A stretch of 64,000 nucleotides of DNA from an uncultured delta proteobacterium (lineage in GTDB: Bacteria > Myxococcota > UBA727 > VGSZ01): NCBI GenBank assembly GCA_963775425.1, contig CAVZJB010000016.1, positions 992,001 to 1,056,000 of the forward strand, read 5' to 3'. Position numbers and translations under genes: made by a program. Every line of letters starts with the position of its first letter. Position 1 is the stretch's first letter. The notes beneath the pieces are model-generated. The model was not told where the DNA came from. It ran no database searches and worked only from the letters and a program-made list of their open reading frames with translations. Below, piece by piece: positions 54,450 to 63,121 of this stretch.

Positions 54450-55325
54450 TCAGCCCGCCTTGATGTGGCGGATGGCGTTCATGGCCTGGTCGTTCATCGT
54501 GTTGAGCACGTTGCTCATGGCCTGCTGCATCTGCGACAGCTTCTGGATCTCGTTCTTGATGATCTCGAACTCGATGTTGCGGCTGTCGCTGTTGCCGTCC
54601 TGCGTCGCCCCGTTCACGCCGGGAGCGACCGCGCCGGTGGCCTGGCCCGCGACGTTGCCGCCGCTGTTGCTCTGGTTGTCCTTGGCCTCGAGCTCCTTCA
54701 GGCGCTCCTCGACCTTCTCCTGCTTGTCCTTGATGACGTCGATCATGAAGGCCGCGACGATGTCCTCGAACATCGCGGGCTTCGGCAGCGACGCCAGCAT
54801 GGAGCCGGGGCCCTGGTTCGAGCGCGTCATGCCGGTCATCTGGCGCACCTTGGCGGTGTTGTTGCCGAAGGCGAGCCGCATGCCGGTGCCGGCGACGTCA
54901 TTGAGCTGCATGCCCGTGGCGCCGCCCAGGATGCCGGTGAGCAGGTTGCCGATGCCCCCCTGCATGTTGGCCAGGCCGCCCATGGCGGTGAGGCCGAGGG
55001 CCGGGCCGGCGAGGCTGGCGAGGTTGAGCCCGCCACCGGCACCGCCCGAAAGGAAGCCCTTCGGGAGGACGTTCAGTGCAGCCGTAAGACCCAGTGTTGC
55101 CACAGGGGAATTGACACCGAAGGCCTTGAGAGCGTGCCGCGCGAGGGCGCCCTTGTTGACCTTGCTCAGGTCGAAGCCGTCCTTGGTCATGCCGCGCGAC
55201 AGCTCGGCGGCGAGGCCGATCATCTCCGCCGCCTTGTCCGGCACGCCGACCATCTTCAGAGCGCCCGAGAGGATGCCCGTCTTCGAGATACCAAACGCGC
55301 CCAATGCATCGCCGAGGAAACCCAT
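54450..55325 (-). CDS. Gly-rich putative T3SS-type substrate (translocator/needle/harpin-like)
   Basis: No Cys/Trp/Tyr, no signal peptide; C-term IKNEIQKLSQMQQAMSNVLNTMNDQAMNAIRHIKAG; flanked by SycD-like chaperones; GGAG RBS. Confidence 0.7.
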   Translation of the reverse strand: MGFLGDALGAFGISKTGILSGALKMVGVPDKAAEMIGLAAELSRGMTKDGFDLSKVNKGALARHALKAFGVNSPVATLGLTAALNVLPKGFLSGGAGGGLNLASLAGPALGLTAMGGLANMQGGIGNLLTGILGGATGMQLNDVAGTGMRLAFGNNTAKVRQMTGMTRSNQGPGSMLASLPKPAMFEDIVAAFMIDVIKDKQEKVEERLKELEAKDNQSNSGGNVAGQATGAVAPGVNGATQDGNSDSRNIEFEIIKNEIQKLSQMQQAMSNVLNTMNDQAMNAIRHIKAG

Positions 55326-55544
55326 GATGTACTCCGTGTGTTGTTGTCGCGCGGAACGACCGCCGTTCCAGCGGGACCAACAGGTTATCGCAGGACGGTT
55401 ACCCAGGTTGCGGATGTCGGCGAAGGTGTGATCGGATCCGAAGTCCGTGTTTATCCTACATTTCCCGCGCTTCGGCCCGCCGCCGCGTCCGCTCGGGGTC
55501 CGGGATTTCCCCCGCCTCGACCCCGCGCGTTATTCATACGGCGG

Positions 55545-56012
55545 ATGCCCGAGCCGGTAGATCCCCAGAAGCTGCCCGCGCTCCTGCCGAAATGGGCCGC
55601 CGGCCAGATCACGTTGAAGGAGCTCAAGGGCTACTCGGACGACGAGCTCTACGCCATCGCGCACACCGGCTACTTCTTCCTGATGCAGGGGAAGAACCAC
55701 GAGGCGCGCACGCTGTTCGAGGGCCTCGTCGCCATCGACCCGCGCAACGACTACTACTACCGCGCGCTCGGCGTGATCTTTCACAAGCTCGGCGACGCCG
55801 AGCGCGCGCTCAAGCAGTTCGGCTACGCCATCCGCGTGAGCCCGCGCTCGCCGAACGCCTACGTCAACCGCGCCGAGGTCTTCATCTCGACGTCGCGCTA
55901 CCAGGAGGCCGCCGGCGACCTGCGCCGCGCCCTCGAGCACATGGGGCCCCGCGACGTCGCGCTCGCCCGCAAGGCGCGCGCGCTCCTGGGCGTCGTCACG
56001 CGGAGACGATGA
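55545..56012 (+). CDS. Second SycD/LcrH-like TPR chaperone
   Basis: GQITLKELKGYSDDELYAIAHTGYFFLMQGK..EARTLFEGLVAIDP...YRALG. Confidence 0.85.
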   Translation: MPEPVDPQKLPALLPKWAAGQITLKELKGYSDDELYAIAHTGYFFLMQGKNHEARTLFEGLVAIDPRNDYYYRALGVIFHKLGDAERALKQFGYAIRVSPRSPNAYVNRAEVFISTSRYQEAAGDLRRALEHMGPRDVALARKARALLGVVTRRR

Positions 56013-56112
56013 TGCGCTTCGCCGCCGTCGCCCTCGTCGTCTTCGCCGCCGCGCGACGCGCCGGCGAGCGAGCGACGCGCAGCTTTGAGCACCCCCTCGT
56101 CGCGGGCCACTG

Positions 56113-56820
56113 ATGGCCGTCGAGCGCGCGGTCCTGCTCATCGCGGACATCGGCGGGTACACGCGCTTCATGACGTACCACCGGCTGAACCTCGCGCACG
56201 CGCAGGACACCATCGCGCGCCTGCTCGAGGCGGTCATCGACGCCGCCGGCCGGTTCAAGCTCGCCAAGCTCGAGGGCGACGCCGCGTTCTTCGCCGGCCC
56301 CGTCGCCGACGACACCGGCGACGCCGTCGCGGGCATGCGGCGCGCTTTCCTCAAACAGAAGAACAAGCTGGTCTCGGACCGCATGTGCACGTGCGACTCG
56401 TGCATGCAGATCGAGATGCTCAAGCTGAAGTTCGTGCTCCACGAGGGCGAGCTCGTGCGACAGAAGGTGAAGGGTCGCGAGGAGCTCGCGGGCGTCGACG
56501 TCATCCTCGTGCACCGCATGCTCAAAAACGACGTCCCGCTGAAGGAGTACGTGCTGGCCTCCGACCAGGCCAAAAAGCACGTCTCGCCGCTCGGCGAGCC
56601 CACCGAGATCATGCACAGCCTCGAGGGGCTCGGCGACGTGCGCACCCACTACGTCGACCTCACGACGCTGTCACTCGACGAGCCGCCGCCTCCGCCGCCC
56701 AAGGGGCTCAGGAAGCTCCTCACCAAGATCGCGTTCGAGGCCCGCTCGCTGCCGTACCTGATCGGCCTCAAAGAGCCGTGCAAGGACTTCGACTCGGTGC
56801 CCAAGCCCGACGAACGCTGA
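56113..56820 (+). CDS. DUF2652 family (nucleotide cyclase-like fold) protein
   Basis: LLIADIGGYTRF, KLEGDAAFF, CTCDSC, LKLKFVLHEGE, GVDVILVHRMLKN. Confidence 0.88.
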   Translation: MAVERAVLLIADIGGYTRFMTYHRLNLAHAQDTIARLLEAVIDAAGRFKLAKLEGDAAFFAGPVADDTGDAVAGMRRAFLKQKNKLVSDRMCTCDSCMQIEMLKLKFVLHEGELVRQKVKGREELAGVDVILVHRMLKNDVPLKEYVLASDQAKKHVSPLGEPTEIMHSLEGLGDVRTHYVDLTTLSLDEPPPPPPKGLRKLLTKIAFEARSLPYLIGLKEPCKDFDSVPKPDER

Positions 56821-56898
56821 AAGGCTGCCAAAAAATAAGGCTCGTAGCAGCACTCGGCGAAGCCGCCCACAAGGTGGCTCGCCGCGCGGAGTACGTGG

Positions 56899-57239
56899 CG
56901 AGGCACGTCGGCGCGCAAGAACCGCTGCAGGTTGTGAGGAAACGGCGGGTCCGAGCGGTGTTGTGATCCCGTTATCAGCGCACGTGGCGGGTTCGCGCGG
57001 GTCGTGTGCGCGCCGACGTGCCTCGATGCGACGTCGGCGCGGACCCACCGCCAAACTGCTCGGGGCCGATGAGGTCGTCCACGGCCTGGGTCTTCAGCTT
57101 GGGCGCTCTGAATCAGCGAAGGCTAGACAACGTCGCCACCGCCGGAGCGGAAGGAGCGGAGAGCTCGGCGCCCCGGCGCTCAACTCGGCGCGCGTCTTCG
57201 TCGCCGAGCTCGGAGCTCCTTTCCGCTCCGCCGTGTGGC
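56899..57239. other. Highly structured intergenic region (candidate ncRNA or MITE-like element)
   Basis: Perfect 19-bp inverted repeat 56899-56917/57007-57025 and a long imperfect hairpin 57135-57239. Confidence 0.55.
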
Positions 57240-57464
57240 CGTAGCACCGTCCCCTTCCGGGTGGCTCGGATCAACGGTCCATCGGGCCAGCCCTCGTCGC
57301 CAATCGCGCGCGCTGCATCGGCCGCAGGGCCCCCCTCGCGGGGCGCGTCGGAGGGCCCGGCGACGTCCCCGGCGTCTCTCCGACGCGGGCGACAAGCCCG
57401 CGCTACGGACCGTCGACGGAGCCGTCGGCCGTGGCCCGGGGCGCTGCGTCGACGGAGGTCGCGC

Positions 57465-58868
57465 TCACGCGCGGTAACGGGCGACGCGCAGGGCGGCGGC
57501 GAAGTCGGCGGCGGCGACGCGGGCGCTGTCGGGCTCGAGCTGTTCGATCTTGTCGTTGAGGGCCGCGCGCGCCTGCTCCCAGACGGCGTCGAACGCGCCG
57601 GCCTTCTCGACGACGAGGTGGAAGAGCTTCTCCGCGGGCTGCTTGTTGCCGTAGACGCCCGGACGAAAGAGCGTGAAGTCCCACGCGTAGGTGGCGGCGC
57701 CGTCGCCGTCGTCGTCGCGGACGATGGCGGCGAGGCCGGCGCTTATCTGCTCGGTGAGCGAGACCACCTCCCAGTGCCCCTCCTCGTGCTCGTCCTCGTC
57801 GTCGACGACGTTGGTGTGCCCGCGCCGCTCGTCGGCGATGTCCTCGTCGCCGGCGGGGGCGTTGCCGTCGCGCCCGGCCTTCCACGGATCGTCGACGTCG
57901 CCGGCCGCGCCGTCGGCGTGCGCCCCGGGGGCGCCGCTGTGCGCGAGCTCCTGCGGGGCGTCGCGCGCCTCGGCGCCGCGCGCCCCGTCGCCTCTCTGCG
58001 CGCCGTCGCCGCGGTCGGCGCGGCCGTCGCCGCGCGCGCCGTCGTCGCCGCGGGCGCTCCCCTCGGTGCGCGCGTCCTCACCGTGGGCGGCGGGAGCGCC
58101 TGAGCGTCCGTCGCCGGCGCGCGCCTCGTCGGCGGCGCGCGCGTCGCGGTTGTCCGACGACGTCAGCGGCAGCGCGCGCTCGTCGACGATGCCGCGGCGG
58201 ACCAGCGCCTCTGCGGTCTTTCCGTCGAGCTGCCCGGAGGCAGGGAGGCCCTCGGCGCGCTGCAGCTTCTTGAGCGCGTCCTTGAGCTGCTCGGCGCCCT
58301 TGCCGCCACCCGCGAAGCCCGCCGCGCGCAGCGACGACAGGAAGCTCTTCAGGTCGAGCTCGGGGGGCTTGTCGCGCGCGGACTTGTCCACCGCCTGCTC
58401 GAGCTCGACCGCCTGCGCGCTCCTGGCGCCCTCGGGGACGCCGGCGTCGCCACGGGGCAAGCCGAGGTCGCCGCCGAGCCGGCGCCCGTCGGCGTCGAAC
58501 GACGCGGGCCGCTCGCCCGCTCGCGCCGGCGCCGTCGTCGACGACGCCTCCTCGGCGCCGCGCGGCATGAGCCCGGCCTCCTCGAGCGCCGCGTGCGTCT
58601 CGTGATCGAGCACGCCGGTCTCCGGCAGGCCGCGCTCCTTCTGGAACAGCTTCAGCGCCTGCGCGAGCTCGCCGTCCGCGTTGCCCGTCTTGGCGACGGG
58701 GAAGCCGGCGGCGCGCAGCCCGGCCAGGAGCTGGGCGACGAGCTTCTTCGCCTCCGTCGGCGTGCGCGCCGAGCCGAAGTCCATGAGCCGCTGCAGCGGC
58801 GACTTCGGTTGTTGCCGCGCGGGCCGCGGCGCTTGCGGGAGCTCCGGGTGCTTTGCGCGGATGGCCAT
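57465..58868 (-). CDS. Protein with two peptidoglycan-binding (PG_binding_1) domains and an uncharacterised C-terminal domain
   Basis: ALKLFQKERGLPETGVLDHET and ALKKLQRAEGLPASGQLDGKT; GDGARG low-complexity linker; no signal peptide. Confidence 0.85.
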   Translation of the reverse strand: MAIRAKHPELPQAPRPARQQPKSPLQRLMDFGSARTPTEAKKLVAQLLAGLRAAGFPVAKTGNADGELAQALKLFQKERGLPETGVLDHETHAALEEAGLMPRGAEEASSTTAPARAGERPASFDADGRRLGGDLGLPRGDAGVPEGARSAQAVELEQAVDKSARDKPPELDLKSFLSSLRAAGFAGGGKGAEQLKDALKKLQRAEGLPASGQLDGKTAEALVRRGIVDERALPLTSSDNRDARAADEARAGDGRSGAPAAHGEDARTEGSARGDDGARGDGRADRGDGAQRGDGARGAEARDAPQELAHSGAPGAHADGAAGDVDDPWKAGRDGNAPAGDEDIADERRGHTNVVDDEDEHEEGHWEVVSLTEQISAGLAAIVRDDDGDGAATYAWDFTLFRPGVYGNKQPAEKLFHLVVEKAGAFDAVWEQARAALNDKIEQLEPDSARVAAADFAAALRVARYRA

Positions 58869-58911
58869 GGCGCACGACGAGGTTAGCCGATATGCGGCGC
58901 GCGGAGGTCCC

Positions 58912-61125
58912 ATGCTCCATGTCGTCGTCATCGCGGCCCTCGCTGCCGCGCCGAGCCTGTCCACGCAGAAGGCGGCCCCCGCCCCCCGCAAGGAGAACGC
59001 CGTGAAGTATCCCGTCGCCAAGAAGGGCAACGTCGTCGACGACTACCACGGGCAGAAGATCGCCGACCCGTACCGCTGGCTCGAGGACCCCGACGCCGAC
59101 GACACGCGCGCGTGGGTGAAGGCAGAAAACGAGGTCACCTTCGGCTGGCTCGACCGCGTCCCCGACCGCGACGCGCTCAAGCAGCGGCTCACCGAGCTGT
59201 GGAACTACGAGCGGTACAGCCCACCCTCCGTCGAGGGCAAGGGCAAGGACCAGCGCGTGTTCTTCTTCAAGAACGACGGCCTCCAGAACCAGGCGGTGCT
59301 CTACGTGCAGGACGTCCACGGCGGCGACGCCCGCGCGCAAGACGGCGTCAAGCTGTCGGCGCCGCGGGTGCTCCTCGACCCCAACACGTGGACCAAGGAC
59401 GGGACCGTGGCCCTGTCGGGGATGAGCGTCAGCGACGACGGCAGGCTCATGGCGTACGCCAGGTCCGTCGGCGGCAGCGACTGGATGGAGTGGCACGTCA
59501 TGGACGTGCGCACGGGCAAGGACCTTCCCGACGTCGTCAAGTGGTCCAAATTCTCCGGCGCCTCGTGGACCAAGGACGACAAGGGCTTCTTCTACTCGCG
59601 CTACCCGGAGCCCAAGAAGGGCGAGGACCTCGAGCAGGCCAACTACCACCAGAAGGTCTACTACCACCGCCTCGGCGAGCCGCAGGACAAGGACACCCTC
59701 GTCGTCGAGGACAAGGACCACAAGACGTGGGGCTTTTCCGCAGGCGTCACGGAGGACGGCCGCTACCTGCTGGTCCACGTCTGGGACGGCACCGACCGCC
59801 GCACCCGCGTCTGGTTCAAGGACCTGCACCAGAAGAAGGACGGGCCGCTCGTCAAGCTGTTCAACGACTTCGACGCCGCCTACGGCGTGCTCGGCAACGT
59901 CGGGAGCACGTTCTACGTGCAAACGGATCTCGACGCCCCCCGCCAACGCGTCGTGAGCGTGGACGTCGCGCACTTCAAGGAGGGCGACAAGCCCAAGCTC
60001 GTCGAGGTCATCCCGGAGGCGCCGAAAGACAAGCTCGACAGCGCCACGATGATCGGCGGCGGCTTCCTGGTGCGCTGGCTGCAGAACGCGCACGACGTCG
60101 TCACCATCCACGACATCCACGGCAAGAAGCTGCGCGACGTCGTCCTGCCGTCCATCGGCACCACCGGCGGCTTCGCCGGCCGCCAGAACGACAGCGAGAC
60201 CTGGTACGCCTTCACCTCGTTCACCTACCCGACGGTCATCTACAAGCTCGACGTGTCGTCCGGCGTGTCGACGCTGTTTCAACAGCCCAAGGTCAAGTTC
60301 AACCCCGCCGACTACGAGACCAAGCAGGTCTTCTACACGTCCAAGGACGGCACCCGGATCCCGATGTTCCTCGTGCACAAAAAGGGGCTCGCCTACGACG
60401 GCAAGAACCCCACGTACCTGTACGCCTACGGCGGCTTCAACATCTCGCTCACCCCGGCGTTCTCCACGGCGCTCATCGCTTGGCTCGAGAAGGGCGGCGT
60501 ATACGCGCAGCCGTCCCTGCGCGGCGGCGGCGAATTCGGCGAGGAGTGGCACCAGGCGGGCATGCTCGACAAGAAGCAGAACGTCTTCGACGACTTCGCG
60601 GCGGCGGCCCGGTGGCTCGTCGACAACGGGGTGACGTCACACGAGCGCCTCGGCATCGGCGGCGGGAGCAACGGGGGCCTGTTGTGCGGGGCCACCGTCA
60701 CGCAGCACCCGGAGCTCGTGGGCGCCGCCGTGTGCATGGTGGGCGTCATGGACATGCTGCGGTTCCACAAGTTCACCATCGGCCACGCGTGGGTGAGCGA
60801 GTACGGCAGCAGCGACGATCCGAAGATGTTCCCGGTGCTGCGCGCGTACTCCCCGCTGCACAACCTCAAGGAGGGCGTGAAGTACCCCGCCACGCTCATC
60901 ACCACCGCCGACCACGACGACCGCGTCGTCCCCGCGCACTCCTTCAAGTTCGCCGCCACCATGCAGGAGGCGCAGGGGGGCGACGCGCCCGTGCTCATCC
61001 GTATCGAGGTGAAGGCCGGCCACGGCGCGGGCAAGCCCACCTCCAAGCTCATCGAAGAGGCCGCTGACCGCTGGGCGTTCCTGCGGGCGGCCCTCGGCGT
61101 CGAAGAGCTCACCCCCGCGCGCTGA
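58912..61125 (+). CDS. Prolyl oligopeptidase (S9A), secreted
   Basis: DPYRWLED, YGGF, LRGGGEFG, GGSNGG, DHDDRV, AGHG; signal peptide. Confidence 0.97.
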   Translation: MLHVVVIAALAAAPSLSTQKAAPAPRKENAVKYPVAKKGNVVDDYHGQKIADPYRWLEDPDADDTRAWVKAENEVTFGWLDRVPDRDALKQRLTELWNYERYSPPSVEGKGKDQRVFFFKNDGLQNQAVLYVQDVHGGDARAQDGVKLSAPRVLLDPNTWTKDGTVALSGMSVSDDGRLMAYARSVGGSDWMEWHVMDVRTGKDLPDVVKWSKFSGASWTKDDKGFFYSRYPEPKKGEDLEQANYHQKVYYHRLGEPQDKDTLVVEDKDHKTWGFSAGVTEDGRYLLVHVWDGTDRRTRVWFKDLHQKKDGPLVKLFNDFDAAYGVLGNVGSTFYVQTDLDAPRQRVVSVDVAHFKEGDKPKLVEVIPEAPKDKLDSATMIGGGFLVRWLQNAHDVVTIHDIHGKKLRDVVLPSIGTTGGFAGRQNDSETWYAFTSFTYPTVIYKLDVSSGVSTLFQQPKVKFNPADYETKQVFYTSKDGTRIPMFLVHKKGLAYDGKNPTYLYAYGGFNISLTPAFSTALIAWLEKGGVYAQPSLRGGGEFGEEWHQAGMLDKKQNVFDDFAAAARWLVDNGVTSHERLGIGGGSNGGLLCGATVTQHPELVGAAVCMVGVMDMLRFHKFTIGHAWVSEYGSSDDPKMFPVLRAYSPLHNLKEGVKYPATLITTADHDDRVVPAHSFKFAATMQEAQGGDAPVLIRIEVKAGHGAGKPTSKLIEEAADRWAFLRAALGVEELTPAR

Positions 61126-61144
61126 CGTCGTGGCCCGCGCGCGC

Positions 61145-63121
61145 TCAGCCGCCGCAGACGGCGGCGGCGTCGACGGCGCAGTCGGTGGTGTCGACGGAGT
61201 TTCCGGTGTTGGTGAGCGCCGGCGCCGTCGACATCTGCGCCGCCAGCGCGTCGACCATGCACGCGGGGAGCTGCGGGTTCTGTTGAACCACCAGCGTGGT
61301 GGCGGAGCCGAGGTGCGCGAGCCCGTCGACGCTGGTCACGCGGGTGTTCTTGAGCGTCAGCGACGTCACCGACGCCAGACCGCACAGATCGAGGGACGTG
61401 ATGCGCGCGCCGTCGACGACGACGACGGGCGCGGTGGTGAGCGTAGGGAGCGAGAGGTCCGTGACGTCGCTGGTGCCGCCGAAGGTGTCGATGTCGAACA
61501 CGAGCTGGCCGACGTCCTCGAGGGCCGTGAGCTTGGCGAGATCGGCCTGGTCGAGCCCGGTGATGTTGAGGTTTCCGCCGACCGTGGTGAACGCGGACAG
61601 CTCGTCCTCGAGGACGGCCGGGAAGAGGAGGACGTCGCCGTCGACGGAGACGAGCTGGATCAGGCCATGGATGTCGTCGTCGTTGGGCAGGAGGAGCCCG
61701 CCGGCGCCGACGTGGGTGAGGCCGGCGAGGCTCACGCTCGTGAGCAGGTTGTTGGCGGTGATCTCGAGGCCGCCGACGTCCGTGAGCGCGTCGAGGTCGA
61801 GGCTGCCGACGTCGGTGCCGACGTAGTGGAGCGTGCCGTCCACCGTCCGGAGGCTGTGGAGGTCGAACGAGGTGACTGCGCTGTTGTCGTCGGGGACGAC
61901 GCCGACGTTCGGGTCGGTGAAGGCGTTGCCGACGATGCGGAGGTCGCCGGGCCGATAGAAGCCGCTGGCGAGCGCGTCGTCGTAGAACCGGGAGTAGAGC
62001 TGCGACTGGAAGTCGTCGACGGCGTGGATCTGCTCGAGGGCCCCGAAGTCGAGCTGGAGCTCGCTGCCGTTTTTGAGGTTGTCGTTGCTGTCGAGGAGCA
62101 GCGTCCCGGTGCCGGTGAGCACGGGGAACGAGACGCGCGTGAGGACGTCGTTGCCGAAGAGGACGACGGAGCCGCCGATGGTGGTGAGGGCGGGCAGGTT
62201 GAGCGTGGTGAGCTTGTCGGCGTCCTCGAGATCGAAGAAGCCCCCGATGGTCGCGAGCTGGTGCGCGTCGAGGGCGGCGAGGAGCGGGAGCGTGGCGGCG
62301 ACAGCGCCGTCGGCGCTCGGGAAGCTCGGATACTTGTACGTGCTCCAGGCCACGCCGCCGCCGACGTCGTGGAGCGCGGGCACGCTCAGGCTCTGCAGGA
62401 GGGCGAGGGCCTCGACGAAGAAGTCGCCGCCTACGGACGTGAGGGACTCGAGGTCGACGGCGGTGAGATCGGCGTCGCTGTCGACGATGAGGTCGCCGTC
62501 GACGACGGCGAGCTCGGGCATGTCGAGACCGGTGAGCCCGGTGACGCCGATGACATGCAGGTTGCCGTGGACCACGGCGAGCTTCATGGCGGAGACGTCG
62601 TTGAGGGAGACGCCGTCGGCGGTGACGTCGCCGTCGACCTCCTCCACGCCGGCGGCGGCGTCGACGTCGGCCTGGCTCCCGAGCGTGAGGGCCTCGCGCA
62701 GGACCTTCCTGACGTGCACGGTGACGGAGGCGTCGACGATGTCGGTGGTGGCGCCCTGGCACGCGAGCGTGACGACGACGTCGCCCGCGTCCTGGAAGCT
62801 CGCGGTGGCGGAGCCGTTCACGTCGATGGTCTGCCCGGGGAGCGCGTCGAGCCCGCAGGTGAGGGCGTTGTCGGTGCTCCAGGTGAAGGTGACCTCCTCC
62901 TCGCCGGCGTCGCGCACGGCGGCTTTGTCGACGGTGAAGGCGTCGATGGTGGGGGCCGGCGGCGCGTCGCCCGGGAGGCACGCCTTGCTCGCGCTGCAGA
63001 AGTAGCCCGACGGGCACGCGCCGTCGCACGGCAGCCCGAAGGCGGGCGCGTCGCTCGCCGGGATGGGGCAGGCCGCGAGGAGCGCGACCGGCGCGAGCGC
63101 GCCGAGCGCGCGGGCCCTCAT
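61145..63121 (-). CDS. Lipoprotein with Cys-rich and Ig-like N-terminus and receptor L-domain-like (LxxVGGxL) repeats
   Basis: Lipobox LAAC after MRARAL; repeats LTSVGGDF, LTTIGGSV, LRTVDGTL, LTDVGGLEI; NPQLPAC cap. Confidence 0.82.
   Translation of the reverse strand: MRARALGALAPVALLAACPIPASDAPAFGLPCDGACPSGYFCSASKACLPGDAPPAPTIDAFTVDKAAVRDAGEEEVTFTWSTDNALTCGLDALPGQTIDVNGSATASFQDAGDVVVTLACQGATTDIVDASVTVHVRKVLREALTLGSQADVDAAAGVEEVDGDVTADGVSLNDVSAMKLAVVHGNLHVIGVTGLTGLDMPELAVVDGDLIVDSDADLTAVDLESLTSVGGDFFVEALALLQSLSVPALHDVGGGVAWSTYKYPSFPSADGAVAATLPLLAALDAHQLATIGGFFDLEDADKLTTLNLPALTTIGGSVVLFGNDVLTRVSFPVLTGTGTLLLDSNDNLKNGSELQLDFGALEQIHAVDDFQSQLYSRFYDDALASGFYRPGDLRIVGNAFTDPNVGVVPDDNSAVTSFDLHSLRTVDGTLHYVGTDVGSLDLDALTDVGGLEITANNLLTSVSLAGLTHVGAGGLLLPNDDDIHGLIQLVSVDGDVLLFPAVLEDELSAFTTVGGNLNITGLDQADLAKLTALEDVGQLVFDIDTFGGTSDVTDLSLPTLTTAPVVVVDGARITSLDLCGLASVTSLTLKNTRVTSVDGLAHLGSATTLVVQQNPQLPACMVDALAAQMSTAPALTNTGNSVDTTDCAVDAAAVCGG

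Noticed and set aside
56832-56977. AAAATAAGGCT and CCGTTATCA resemble pieces of the SpCas9 tracrRNA scaffold
   Set aside because: The two short matches are ~125 nt apart with no anti-repeat, cas9 or array; consistent with chance.
56899-57053. Retron msr-msd (inverted repeats enclosing a structured region)
   Set aside because: No reverse transcriptase gene is adjacent or anywhere in the window.
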